A stretch of 64,000 nt of DNA, from positions 398,164,001-398,228,000 of the forward strand of contig OZ024740.1 of assembly GCA_964016885.1 (NCBI GenBank), given 5' to 3'. The DNA is from Eledone cirrhosa (Eukaryota). Under the pieces are notes generated by a model. The model saw only the letters and a list, made by a program, of their open reading frames with translations, ran no database searches and was not told the DNA's origin. Numbering within the stretch: position 1 is the stretch's first letter; the number at the start of each line of letters is the position of its first letter. The position numbers were made by a program, and so were the translations under genes. Of the stretch, positions 1-12,522 are shown piece by piece.

Positions 1-4
1 TTGG

Positions 5-64
<60 letters not shown>

Positions 65-208
65 ATTATTACTATATATATATGCTCGCACCAACCTGAG
101 GTATATGGCCTTTAATGCGACGAAATACCTACGACGGTTGGAAGGCCACTGATGAGGACAAACTTTTTCATATGTAACCCATTTGCAGCGCCGCAGCTCC
201 ATTATTAT

Positions 209-315
<107 letters not shown>

Positions 316-611
316 CACGTGTTGCTGGCCAGTCGCTGATTTGAACTTGAAGTGTAAACACGGATCGCTGGAACTTCTTCCTTGTTGAAAATCCAAGTAT
401 CCACTTCTGTGGTTTACCATCCGATTAATTGGGGAAATATATTTCTTTAATGGAATATATACAGGGAAGATTAATCATATTATAAGGTATCTATTTTTGA
501 AGTTCTGGTCAACTTTATTTAGTTACCTACTTAGCTATGTGTGGTTACACACTTGTAAAAATTATCTCCTGTGATTATTCATGTTTATTTATATGTTAAT
601 CAATTTCTAGT

Positions 612-667
<56 letters not shown>

Positions 668-730
668 GTAGAACATTGGAGGGTTATATCCGTAGTAGTA
701 GAGCACTCAGTCGATGGGACGAGTTTGGTA

Positions 731-849
731 GAAGTAGTATCATAACAGCTAGTTCACCATATACCGAGAACAAATGTTTCACCGAGCTGAAAATCCGTAA
801 GATGAAACATTTGTTCTCGGTATATGGTGAACTAGCTGTTGTGATACTA

Positions 850-852
<3 letters not shown>
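731..852 (+). mobile_element. Fold-back PLE-type terminal fragment with degenerate hammerhead (782-820)
   Basis: 731-781 is the inverted complement of ~803-852. CCGAG-CTGAAAA-tccgtaagat-GAAACATTTGT-T-CTCGG keeps stems I and III, but G8 is A and stem II is poor. Abuts (TA)n. Confidence 0.6.
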
Positions 853-926
<74 letters not shown>

Positions 927-1172
927 GAATAATCGAGAATCGGAATATCAGCCCACGAAATCACGATAAACAATATCCGACATGTGTGGCAGAGGGCTCA
1001 ATAATTTGGATAAATCAGAGCTATAACTATCGTTAAAATACCAACACATAGAGATCATGCCTAAAATCACCCGTGCAGCCGAAAAAGAACGACCAGGAAG
1101 ATTCGGGTCACTCAAATAAAATATATATATATATACACGTACATACATATATGTGTACAGACGCACAGTAGT

Positions 1173-2576
1173 ATGTATATATACACATACATGCATACAC
1201 CCGAAAACCACGATGAACTAAAGAAAATGATTGCACATGCGGTGGGGGCCAGCATAAAATTAACCCTTAAGGAACATATGTTCAAATTTAATGGAAAAAC
1301 ATATGCCCAAGAGGAAGGAGCAGCCATTGGTGTTAGCATTGCAGGCGACATAGCTAACTTATTCATGGTATGGTGGGACAATAGACTTAAACTTAAACTT
1401 AAAGAACAATTAGAAGACCCCTTAACCCTGATAATGTACTCCCGCTACGTTGATGATATAAACATCGTAGTTAAAACACCCCCACTAGAGAACAGTCAGG
1501 AAGTAGAGAAAAACACAATGGAAAGCATCCAGCAAATAGCTAACTCCATCCACCAGAGTATTAGAGTTACTATAGACTACCCAAGTAAACACCCCAACCA
1601 TCGATTACCTGTACTAGACACAGAGCTCTGGTTAGATACCATTAATAACAAAAACCAAATCCTCCATTCCCATTATGCCAAACCCATGACTTCCAAATAT
1701 CTGATCCACCGAAACTCAGCTGTTTTGGACCATACCAAAATCAACATACTGATTGCGGATTTGGTACGGGTGATGAGAAACGTGTCCCGCATGTGCAACC
1801 CCGAAGAACTAGAGAGACACATACAACACTTCATCCACCGTATGCAGTTCTCTGGTTACAATCAGAGAGATAAAATCAGAGTGTATAGAGGAGCCAGAAC
1901 CAAATGGGAAAAAATGGTAAATAATGACACAAATGGGACCTGCCCCTTGTATAGGAGCAAATTTTGGAATAGAATAGAAAGAACTAGGAATAAGGCTAAT
2001 AGAATAAACTCATGGTATGATAGCAATAAATACCAGAGTGTAATGTTCATCGATACAACCCCTAGAGGTGAATTAGCTTACAAATTTAGAAGGGCCCTAG
2101 ATAAACATAAACTCAATATTAAGATAGTAGAAAGACCAGGTACCTCCGTAAAAACACTTATTAGCAAGACATACCCTTTTCAAAGACCCCCCTGTATAGA
2201 TAAGAAATGTATAACCTGTAAATTAAGCCCCCATATTAACTGTAAAACTAGAAATGTAGTATATAGCATAAGATGTACTGAAGGACAATGTAGAGACAAA
2301 AATATAGTGTACATAGGTGAGACAGCTCGTAGTGTAGGGGAACGGATAAATGAACACTGGCGAGACCTTCAGGATAGTAAAGAATCATCTGTACTCTACC
2401 AACATGCTAAAATAGAACATAAGGGTAAATTAGAGAACATAGAAATAAAAATAGAATCTACACACAGAAAAGACGCAATGTTTAGACAAATCACAGAGGC
2501 AATAAACATAAAAGAATTACAACCAAAATTAAATAGAAAACATGAGTGGAACAGCAACATCACAACTTACAATTAA
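1173..2576 (+). CDS. PLE reverse transcriptase (C-terminal half) plus GIY-YIG endonuclease; true N-terminus missing
   Basis: Motifs YAQEEGAAIG, RYVDD, LPVLD, C-x4-C-x2-C linker, VVYSIRC...YIGETARSVGERINEH and RQITEAINI...LN. The first ~10 codons come from an unrelated repeat. Confidence 0.9.
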   Translation: MYIYTYMHTPENHDELKKMIAHAVGASIKLTLKEHMFKFNGKTYAQEEGAAIGVSIAGDIANLFMVWWDNRLKLKLKEQLEDPLTLIMYSRYVDDINIVVKTPPLENSQEVEKNTMESIQQIANSIHQSIRVTIDYPSKHPNHRLPVLDTELWLDTINNKNQILHSHYAKPMTSKYLIHRNSAVLDHTKINILIADLVRVMRNVSRMCNPEELERHIQHFIHRMQFSGYNQRDKIRVYRGARTKWEKMVNNDTNGTCPLYRSKFWNRIERTRNKANRINSWYDSNKYQSVMFIDTTPRGELAYKFRRALDKHKLNIKIVERPGTSVKTLISKTYPFQRPPCIDKKCITCKLSPHINCKTRNVVYSIRCTEGQCRDKNIVYIGETARSVGERINEHWRDLQDSKESSVLYQHAKIEHKGKLENIEIKIESTHRKDAMFRQITEAINIKELQPKLNRKHEWNSNITTYN

Positions 2577-3025
2577 GGACAAAATGAAAACACACACGCA
2601 CATAGAACAAACAACCAACCTGTAACATGTATATAAACAAATAAATAAACAAATATAAACACACACAGTCACCTGGATGTGGCGCATGCGCAGACTGAGC
2701 ACACAACACACACACAGAAACAAAATGGCGTAGGACAGAACAAAGGAGAGGCACAAAAACAAAGAAAAGAATCCCCAGTCACTGAAGAGGTCACAGAATG
2801 TGTGACGAAAGAACTTTGACAATATATAAACAACCATCTGGTTGTGGAACCAACCAACCAACCGGAAATTTATAAATTCCTAAATTTATAAATTTATAAT
2901 AAATTGAAGTGAAAGCAACTGGTGCGTGTGTTTCTTATTGGCAACATGACCCTCCCAAAGTATAACAATATCCGTTTCAACACACGTTTTCAGATAAAGA
3001 ATCTTGCTAAACAAATTCAGAAACG
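1200..3025 (+). mobile_element. Penelope-like retroelement 1, 5'-truncated, with 3' UTR/pseudo-LTR
   Basis: RT-GIY-YIG ORF followed by a ~450 bp UTR carrying an HHR and ending at (TA)n. The same UTR recurs at 33246-34088. Confidence 0.9.
2778..2820 (+). ncRNA. Type I hammerhead ribozyme in PLE1 3' region
   Basis: GTCA-CTGAAGA-G-GTCACA gaatg TGTGAC-GAA-AG aa CT-T-TGAC: stem I 4 bp, stem II 6 bp, minimal stem III. Confidence 0.8.
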
Positions 3026-3113
3026 ATATATATATATACATATATATACATATATATATATACATATATATATATACATATATATATATACATATATATA
3101 TATACATATATAG

Positions 3114-3193
<80 letters not shown>

Positions 3194-3195
<2 letters not shown>

Positions 3196-4022
3196 TATAG
3201 AAGTGGATGGATACTTCAACAGGTACAATGTACTTGTAGAAATATTCAAGCTGTTTATAATACATGTGGTTCAATGGCACTAATTCGAGATGCCAGAACA
3301 ATATAAAAGTAGCGAAGCAAGCGGTTATTAATCTAAATAAATTAAAAAATGATTAAATAATCACCTGTTCAGACGCTGTTACCGACGGTTTCATCATTCC
3401 GAAAGATTGAAAATCCAACGAATTTCCAATGGAAAGAAATGAATCTTCAGACAGCCCTATTTCCACCCCATACAGCGACTGAACAGGTGATTATTTAATC
3501 ATTTTTTAATTTATTTAGAAAATTGTTTAATAACCGCTTGCTTCGCTACTTTTATATTGTTCTGGTATCTCGAATTAGTGCCATTGAACCACATGTATTA
3601 TAAACAACTTGAATATTTCGACAAGTACATTGTACCTGTTGAAGTATCCATCCACTTCTATAATTATTCTCCTTATGTAGAGAACAAAACGTTGAATAAT
3701 GCTGCTAATTTTAGTGGCAGTTCGACATGTTTATAATATCCAGCTTCTATCAGCGACCTGATTATGCATGTGTGTCATTTTAACGGCTTGACCGTATGCG
3801 TTGGGCAGGGAGCATAATATTTACTTGCTATAAGGCTTGATACCTTATGGCGTGGAAATAGGGCTGTCTGAAGATTCATTTCTTTCCATTGGAAATTCGT
3901 TGGATTTTCAATCTTTCGGAATGATGAAACCGTAGGTAACAGCGTCTGAACAGGTGATTATTTAATCATTTTTTAATTTATTTAGAAAATTGTTTAATAA
4001 CCGCTTGCTTCGCTACTTTTAT
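3194..4022. mobile_element. ORF-less HHR element: 467-nt unit with terminal redundancy plus inverted partial copy
   Basis: 3472-3556 repeats at 3939-4022. 3194-3472 is an inverted copy spanning the unit junction. (TA)n on both sides. Confidence 0.85.
3863..3943 (+). ncRNA. Type I hammerhead with long stem II (inverted copy at 3375-3455, minus)
   Basis: GCTGT-CTGAAGA-T TCATTTC...GGAATGA T-GAA-ACC gta GGT-A-ACAGC; GUA cleavage triplet at 3936-3938. Confidence 0.85.
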
Positions 4023-4034
4023 ATATATATATAT

Positions 4035-4529
4035 GATGGCTGCAACTCGTTTCCGAGTAATGCCATCGCTTGATACTTAAGCATGAGTATCACAGACGTG
4101 GCATTTAGTCGTCTATGGCCATACTATGCATGGAAAAGTCACATATCAAGCAATGCCTGTGCTTGAAGCTGGATATCGAATGCATTTACCAAAGAAGAAG
4201 AAATGGTCTACATCATTGGATGCGAACGCAGTCGCAGGTTTTATATCAGAGTGACCTTCTCCTTGAGAGATGTCTTAATGAAGACTAGGAGTCTCTCGCT
4301 CCACACACAAAAAGAAAATAATAAATAAATAAAAGCTTTATTGGATGACCGTTGACTCTTCTGAGTTCCTTCATCTTTTGACGGGATTTGTTTTTCATCC
4401 CGTAGGGTGTCCAAATTCACCCTCCTCGCCAAGCAAATTTTGTGGGGTTGCCGGTGTAGTCACCGACGGCCTGACCATGCGCAGGTTGTACTGGGTTACA
4501 TGTTACCAGTAGCGTTGAAGAGCGACTTA

Positions 4530-4530
<1 letters not shown>
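4035..4530 (-). mobile_element. Diverged relative of the bipartite RTE-derived non-autonomous element
   Basis: Collinear similarity to 6318-6928 (GGCTGC-AACTCGTTT-CGAGTA, AGCAATGCCTGTGC, ACATCATTGGAT, GTTGTACTGGG-TACATGTTA). Confidence 0.7.
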
Positions 4531-4561
<31 letters not shown>

Positions 4562-4568
4562 GTGTGTG

Positions 4569-4602
<34 letters not shown>

Positions 4603-4616
4603 TTCTATGTGTGTGT

Positions 4617-4653
<37 letters not shown>

Positions 4654-5743
4654 GCAAAGAGAGAAATATGTACAATCATACATACCTTTATCAGTCTTCC
4701 AACGCCATATTTATTCACATGAAATTATACACGAGAAGTGGTTGTTAAATGTCTATTTTGACCAATAATCTAAGATTTCTTGCATCTGAAAAAAAATATC
4801 CATCGCAACATTAAACTACAAAATATATGGAATAAGTAAAAACTATGTTTTGAAGAATCCTTGGTTTCAGTTGTGCAATTCTTCGACCACTTTTAGGATT
4901 CATATTCCTTTACGTTTCAAGATGATTTATAATACGTAACCCCACCAGCCTTGGAGTTCATGCAAACAGGTTGTGAGTACTACCTTTCTTCTTTTCATTG
5001 CGGCTTATTCAGGAAGAGAAAGGTAACGCTCACATTTTTTCAGAATCTTTTGTGGAGGAAGGGATGGGGGTCGTTCTCAAACCGGAGATTTGGCCCAAAT
5101 ACGTACAACGAAGTGAATTCCGCCAAAGGCTCTCAAGGAACAGATGGTGGTATTAAATTGGGCGACGGATTAAATATAATCTCTTTCCGCTAAGACTCAA
5201 AACGCAAAAAAAAAAGCAGCAAACACAGCAAGTCAACTTTCCCAACGTTCTAATCACCCATCAATTTACAGCCCTAGACTGCTACTTTATCCTTATTTTA
5301 TCAAACTCGAAAGGATGAAAGGCAAAGTTGATTTGGGCAGGATTTGAACTCCGAGCCAAGAAAGACGAGAACAAATACGACAAGGAATGTTTGAGACGAA
5401 GCCATAAAAAATGAGCAGAAGAATGTGTGCCTAATAAGAAATCAATATTAATTAGACCAACTAGTGGTAATTGGATACGACATATAAGATCATTCAACGA
5501 AAACTAATTGTCTTAGAATGAAGGTTCAGGGGAAGAAGGAAAAATCAAAAAATTCGAAACAATGAACATTTGTCAATTACTGGAATATTCCGCCTATGAA
5601 CAAAAAACACCTGGTTCTTATTCTTTTACATTATGGTAACTAAATTCCCCTTAAGCCTTTGCAATTAGTTCAAGCAAAGATCATCAATGGAAGAATTCAA
5701 CCTATTCATACTTGCTATATGTAGATATACACACACACACACA

Positions 5744-5786
<43 letters not shown>

Positions 5787-6022
5787 ACACACACACACAC
5801 ACACACGCACACACACAAATATATATATATATAACAAAACGTTATCGCTTTACATGGCTGAATACAGTCAATGTAGTCTGAGTTTTTTCTAAAAGCAAGA
5901 ATGAGGGGCTCATTCTACTGACATGGCTTAAAAGAGGCTGTTTGCATAATTGCAAACGAATCGAATATTATTATTAATATTCGAAAAACTCAGACTACAT
6001 TTATATATATATATATATATAT

Positions 6023-6220
6023 ATAGGAACCAGTAAGACCCCGACGGCTGAGCTCAAGCCGTTTCGACGGCTAATTCTGGAGTCCAGAATTAGCCGTCGA
6101 AACGGCTTGAGCTCAGCCGTCGGGGTCTTACTGGTTCCTATTACCCACTCTACTACCCCAAGTATTGAGTACTTTGGTGCGTTATGGTCCACTTGGTTCC
6201 TTACCACATTTCCTTCGTTA
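6023..6220 (+). mobile_element. Mini fold-back of the PLE2 3' end; related copies at 30847-31050, 34460-34656, 47944-48062, 53392-53470, 54152-54360
   Basis: Hairpin 6023-6140 matches 49045-49185 and 51610-51672, keeps only the 3' half of the HHR, and sits in (TA)n. Confidence 0.85.
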
Positions 6221-6317
6221 TATATATATATATATGACTGTGCGCGTGCGTATATCTACATATAGCAAGTATGAATAGGTTGAACATACATACATACATA
6301 CATACATACATACATAC

Positions 6318-7526
6318 ATGGTGGCTGCCAACTTGTTTTCGAGTACGGCCACTACTTTATATCCATATAGGAGAACCCCTACCGATGCACTGAACGAGTG
6401 TGACTTTTTAGTCCAGCCAGCGACTTGAAAACTCTGGTACAAACACTACACCTGTGACAATTATTGACACATAGTGCTGGCTCACGGTACCATGTGACGA
6501 CAAGTGCAGAGAGATCTCCAGATATAAAGCAATGCCTGTGCCGTGAAGCTTTTATAGTGAGCAAAGGCACTGCACAAAGCCAGTCCCACTCTCTTAACCA
6601 AGATGATATTTACCAAAAAGAAGAACAAGTCAACATCATTGGATACCATCAGGGTTGCAGGTGTTATATCAGAGTTTTCCTTCTCCTAGAATTCTGCCTT
6701 GACAAAGGCTAAAGGGTCATCTCTCCCGGTGATTTTGGATGGCCATTGACTCTTAAGAGCTCCTTTGCCCTTTGATAGGTTTTGTTTTTAGTCCTGCAGG
6801 ATGTCCAAAGTCACCCTCCTCACCAAGAAACCTTGGTGGGGGTGCCAGTTTAGTCGCCAACGAGCCGACCATGGGACAGGTTGTACTGGGATACATGTTA
6901 ACAGTAGCACCAACTGGTGACCTGACATAATGCATACATACATACATACATACATACATACATACATGGTGGTGGCTACCAACTCGTTTTCGAGTACGGC
7001 CACTACTTTATATCCATGTAGGAGAACCCCTACCGATGCGCTAAACGAGTGTGACTTTTTAGTCCAGCCAGCGACTTGAAAATTCTGGTACAAACACTAC
7101 ACTTGTGACAATTATTGACACAGTGCTGGGCCCATGGTACCATGTGACGACAAGTGCAGAGAGATCTCCAGATATAAAGCAATGCCTGTGCCGTGAAGCT
7201 TTTATAGTGAGCAAAGGCACTGCACAAAGCCAGTCCCACTCTCTTAACCAAGATGATATTTACCAAAAATAAGAACAAGTCAACATCATTGGATACCATC
7301 AGGGCTGCAGGTGTTATATCAGAGTTTTCCTTCTCCTAGAATTCTGCATTGACAAAGGCTAAGGGGTCATCCCTCCTGGTGATTTTGGATGGCCATTGAT
7401 TTTTAAGAGCACCTTTGCCTTTTGACAGGTTTTGTTTTTAGTCCTGCAGGATGTCCAAAGTCACTCTCCTCACCAAGAAACCTTGGTGGGGTTGCCAGTT
7501 TAGTCGCCAACGACCCGACCATGAGA
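6318..7526 (-). mobile_element. Two tandem copies of a ~610 bp bipartite RTE-derived non-autonomous element (6318-6928, 6966-7526)
   Basis: RTE-type 5' UTR motif GGAGAAGGAAAACTCTG fused to the terminal C2H2 codons (CSVCTRVFKSLAGLKSH), a 3' UTR and an (ATGT)n tail. Confidence 0.8.
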
Positions 7527-7609
7527 CATACATACATACATACATACATACATACATACATACATACATACATACATACATACATACATACATACATACA
7601 TACATACAT

Positions 7610-9155
7610 GAGGATTGCAGCGTCTTCACAGATGATTGCTGTCTCTTATTGATTCTTCGTTATCATCCCATCTGCGTCCATGACTTAGTAGATGACTTTG
7701 TAGGCCAGCTGTAGATCTGCATGGTTTACGACAGAAGAGTGACAGAAGAGAGTTGTGCATTCCACAGGACCGATGGGGTCACCCTGTGGGACAATCTTTA
7801 TGTATCACCGTGTTTTTATTAGTCCGGAACTAGTTCTACACACTTTGTTGCATATCACGCACGTCGTTTCACCAGGTATCTGTTGATTGGTGTTGCAGGT
7901 GGTTATCCTTTCATGTGACGTCAGGTGATTAACATAACCAGCTTTTGAAAGGTGTACACGCTGACAGAAATTGTATGTCCAACTACTGATGACTTCATCA
8001 AGATTGAACACAGCCCTTCCGGAGCTGACGCCTCAGTTGTTTATGTTCTCGATGACGTTCTTCAAAAGTTTTGCAACTGCCCTTCATGCGCTTTCTCCAC
8101 TCTGCCCTATTTAGGGCTATCTCTTCTCAGTTGTCTATATCAAATGCTAGCTCTTTGAGGTTGTTCTTGATGCTGTCCTTGAACCTCATTTTCCGTTTGT
8201 GTTGAGGCCTTTTTCCAAGATGGAGCTCACCGTAAAACAGTTGCTTCGGCATCCTGCTTTCTTTCATGCGAACGATATGTCCTGTCCAGTGCATTTGAGA
8301 AGATGTTACTTGGGACTCAATGCTTGGACATTCTACTTTGATAAGGACATGGATGTCAGGAATTCTGTCTTGCCACATGATGTTGAATATGCATCTTAAA
8401 CATTTCTGCTGAAAACGCTCAAGCATTTTGGTGTGTTTGCGGAATAGCGTCCAGATTTCGGCGGGGTATAAAAGAGCAGACAGAACACATGATCTATACA
8501 CACACACCTTGGTATTGTTGGTAATGTTGCGATTTGCCCAAACTCTCTTTTCCAATTTTCCGAAGGCAACAGAGGCCTTCTGGATGCGCAGATGTATTTC
8601 AGCGTCCAAGGAGCCATCATTTGAGAGTGTGCTACCCAAGTAGATAAATTTATCTACTACTACCAACCTGGTTCTATCAACCATGATGTGGGGTTCAGTA
8701 TATGGTTCTCCGGGAGCAGGAGTAAACATTACTTTGGTCTTTTTAAGGATGATTGTAAGCCAAAATGCTGTACACGAGGATGAGAAACGGTCCATAATAT
8801 GTTGCATGTTAGCTTCTGTGTGTGCTAGGAAACCGGCGTCGTCGGCGTAGAGAAGGTCTCTGATCAAAGCTTGAAAGGTTTTTGTCTTGGCATTAAACCT
8901 TTTTAAGTTGAAAAGATTTCCACTGATTCTGAACTGTAAGAGACTGCCTCTGTGACAATCATGGAAAACATGTGTGAACAAGGCAGCAAGGAGACCCGAG
9001 CTTTCATGTTTCTGTGCATTTGCTTTAGCATACTCACAAACTTGGGTGGACATCCTACTTTTCCAAGTATTATCCAGAGTGCATATCTGTTAACTGTGTC
9101 AAAAGCCTTCGTTAGGTCGACAAAGACTTGATATAGAGGGACACACTGCTCAATG
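7610..9155 (-). pseudogene. RTE-clade LINE fragment (RT to C-terminal zinc fingers), internally deleted and frameshifted
   Basis: FVDLTKAFDTV, LLYADD, FIYLGS, RMPKQLFYGEL, degenerate C2H2 fingers; ends in (ATGT)n. Confidence 0.88.
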
Positions 9156-9551
9156 CATACATACATACTTGCATGCATACATACATACATTCAGTGGCGG
9201 ATTGGCCAGGTTGTCCAATGGCAAGTGGGCCCCAGGGGGCCCACTGTAGCATTGCAAGAGCCGACAGTAGCATTGCAGGGCCCACTGTAGTATTTTAGGG
9301 GCCAATGCTTTCCTTTCGAAAAATACATGAAATCTAAGAGAAAGAATACATTAAAAAAAATTAATGAAACAATTAAGCAAAGCATTTGGTCAACCAATTC
9401 CCCAGGGAATTACTAAAAACCAAAATATACGATAGTGCTAATAGCTGGAATCATTGGTTGCACATTCTACTAAATCTAAAGCTTAGTGCATTCATTCATG
9501 CATGCAAACGTACATATATAGACACAGACACACAAGCATATATATATATAT

Positions 9552-10396
<845 letters not shown>

Positions 10397-10421
10397 ATAT
10401 ATTTATATATATTTATATATA

Positions 10422-10454
<33 letters not shown>

Positions 10455-10462
<8 letters not shown>

Positions 10463-11125
10463 GATCGAGTATCGAAAAATCGGCGCACGAGTTCACGATA
10501 AACAATATTCGAAATGAGCGGCAGAGGGCTCAATGATTCAGATGAATCAGAGCTATAACTATCGTTAAAATACCGTCACACATAGAACAAGTCTAAAATC
10601 AACCATACGATAAAAAATCGATAATAGAAGATTCGGGACAAACAGATAAAAAATATCAATAAAACAATACATCAATAATTTAACTGAATGTAAAATCATA
10701 CCCGGACCCACTAGAAAGGTGTTAAATCTAGCTTCTTGGGTTTCTGTAAATCCTTAGACTGTACTCTATCAGCTCACATATAAATATATAAGGCTTCTAG
10801 AGCAAGCGGAATGGAAGTTTACTTCATCAACGAGCTTTTTCCTAGCGGATAAGAGGCTAACTACAAGCGAAATACGCACATGGAATCAGGCAAGGGAGAT
10901 AACCTCTACATCCGCGAAAACTATTCGAGGAAATGTGGAAATACACATATCGAATAAGAGTGCTCAATAGTCATGTTAAAATAAAACAGGAGCTATTCAT
11001 CACTCAATAGAATCGACAAAAAATGAGCAATAAAATTAACTGGTGGATAGCTATGTCCAGAGCTAAAAATATTAGAAAGATCGAGTATCGAAAAATCGGC
11101 GCACGAGTTCACGATAAACAATATT
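10455..11125 (-). mobile_element. ORF-less 616-nt unit with ~54 bp direct terminal repeat (related fragment at 925-1118)
   Basis: 10455-10509 repeats at 11071-11125; one HHR-like motif lies inside. Confidence 0.75.
10700..10835 (-). ncRNA. Type I hammerhead-like motif, U3.G8 core, long stems II and III
   Basis: GCTCG-TTGATGA-A GTAAA...TTTAC A-GAA-ACCCA agaag CTAGA...TCTAG TGGGT-C-CGGGT; GUC triplet. Confidence 0.65.
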
Positions 11126-11209
11126 GGTCTGCCCACTACTAATTTTCATAGAAAAAGCATATAACGATATGTGCTTTTACGATTCTCCGGAAAGGCCGGT
11201 AGATAGGTA

Positions 11210-11254
11210 AATATTGCTGATGAGTTGTAACAACAACGAAACTAGTTCAATATT
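11210..11254 (+). ncRNA. Canonical minimal type I hammerhead
   Basis: AATATTG-CTGATGA-GTTGT aaca ACAAC-GAA-A ctag T-T-CAATATT: 7 bp stem I, 5 bp stem II, palindromic loop III. Confidence 0.9.
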
Positions 11255-11540
11255 CCTTGTCTGGCTTTCTGGAGAATAGAGGAAAGGTGTTTCCTCAAAA
11301 ACAGTATGACTCTAAAAACCGGTTTGTCTGTGTGTTTACATACAGAATAGCTGGATACTCACAGTAAAGTAACCAGTGAAAGACTTGGTACATCTACATA
11401 TGTATACGTGTGTGTATTCATATGCATACTAGTATTTCAGTATGCATATGTAGATGTACATTTTTAACTTAATTGTTTAAGCGTCAGTCATACAAAAGTG
11501 AGTTACAAACGAAACGAAATTTAATTTCGTTTCGTTATTT

Positions 11541-11632
<92 letters not shown>

Positions 11633-12082
11633 GAGTGTGAAAATCGCTGGATTCCGCAAAATACATAATATTTTTTATTGGAGAAGGTAAGATATTTTCC
11701 ACAAAATATTTGATTGCACTGTTTTGTTTCCACTTGTGTATTTTTTAAAAATTTAATTATTCATTATAAAAATTAAATGATAGCATTCTATATGTAGGTG
11801 GGCCGCCTTCATCTGGCAACCAATATTTTTAGACCTAGTCCGCCACTGTATATATATATAATGCCAATCATTGTAAGTTTGAATCTAACTGACCTGCAAA
11901 AATATATATGTAGAAAGAAGGTAAGCCCAAATCATAGTAGATTCAAATATCACAGAGAGAAAGAGAGAGGGGGGAGAAATGAGGTGGAAGAGAAATGAAA
12001 CATAGATTACAGGTTAAAATATAGTCTAGATAGATGTGAAACAAAACGAAGATGTAGTTTATGGAACACCCAAGTGATTTAG

Positions 12083-12522
12083 AAGTCGACCTTAAGTAGG
12101 AGTGATAACATTAAGAAAGACATGAACAACACCACAACACTTTGTTTTTAAATTTTTGAAAGTAGGTTTATAAGTATGAATTTTCACAAGATTTTCGTAG
12201 TTGTCTCTGTGTCCTAGCGGTAGGTACTAGAGAGGGCGGAGATCCTCACCTTGGGTTCAATCCTGGTCAAGAGGTACATGTAACCTTTTTCAGTTTTTAT
12301 TTTACAACCCATAGAAAAAAAACTGAAAAGGTTTACTGGGAACCCTACTCCCGACCAGGATCGAACTTCAGAACAGGATCACCACCGTCTATGATTCCTC
12401 CATCTAGGCAACAGAGACAGCTACGAAAGTAAGACGATAATTATAAACCTACTTTCAAAATCAAGGTTGAAAAGATGTGGTGTCGTTCATGGCTTTCCTA
12501 GAGTAATATTTAGGGTTGACTT
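12083..12522. repeat. Old degenerate ~220 bp-arm inverted repeat with a B-box-like motif in each arm
   Basis: TTTTGAAAGTAGGTTTATAA/TTATAAACCTACTTTCAAAA, TTTCGTAGTTGTCTCTGT/ACAGAGACAGCTACGAAA, GTTCAATCCTGGTC/GACCAGGATCGAAC. Confidence 0.7.

Noticed and set aside
90-165. CTGAGG...GAAA and CTGATGAG hammerhead-like words
   Set aside because: Could not build consistent stems II and III.
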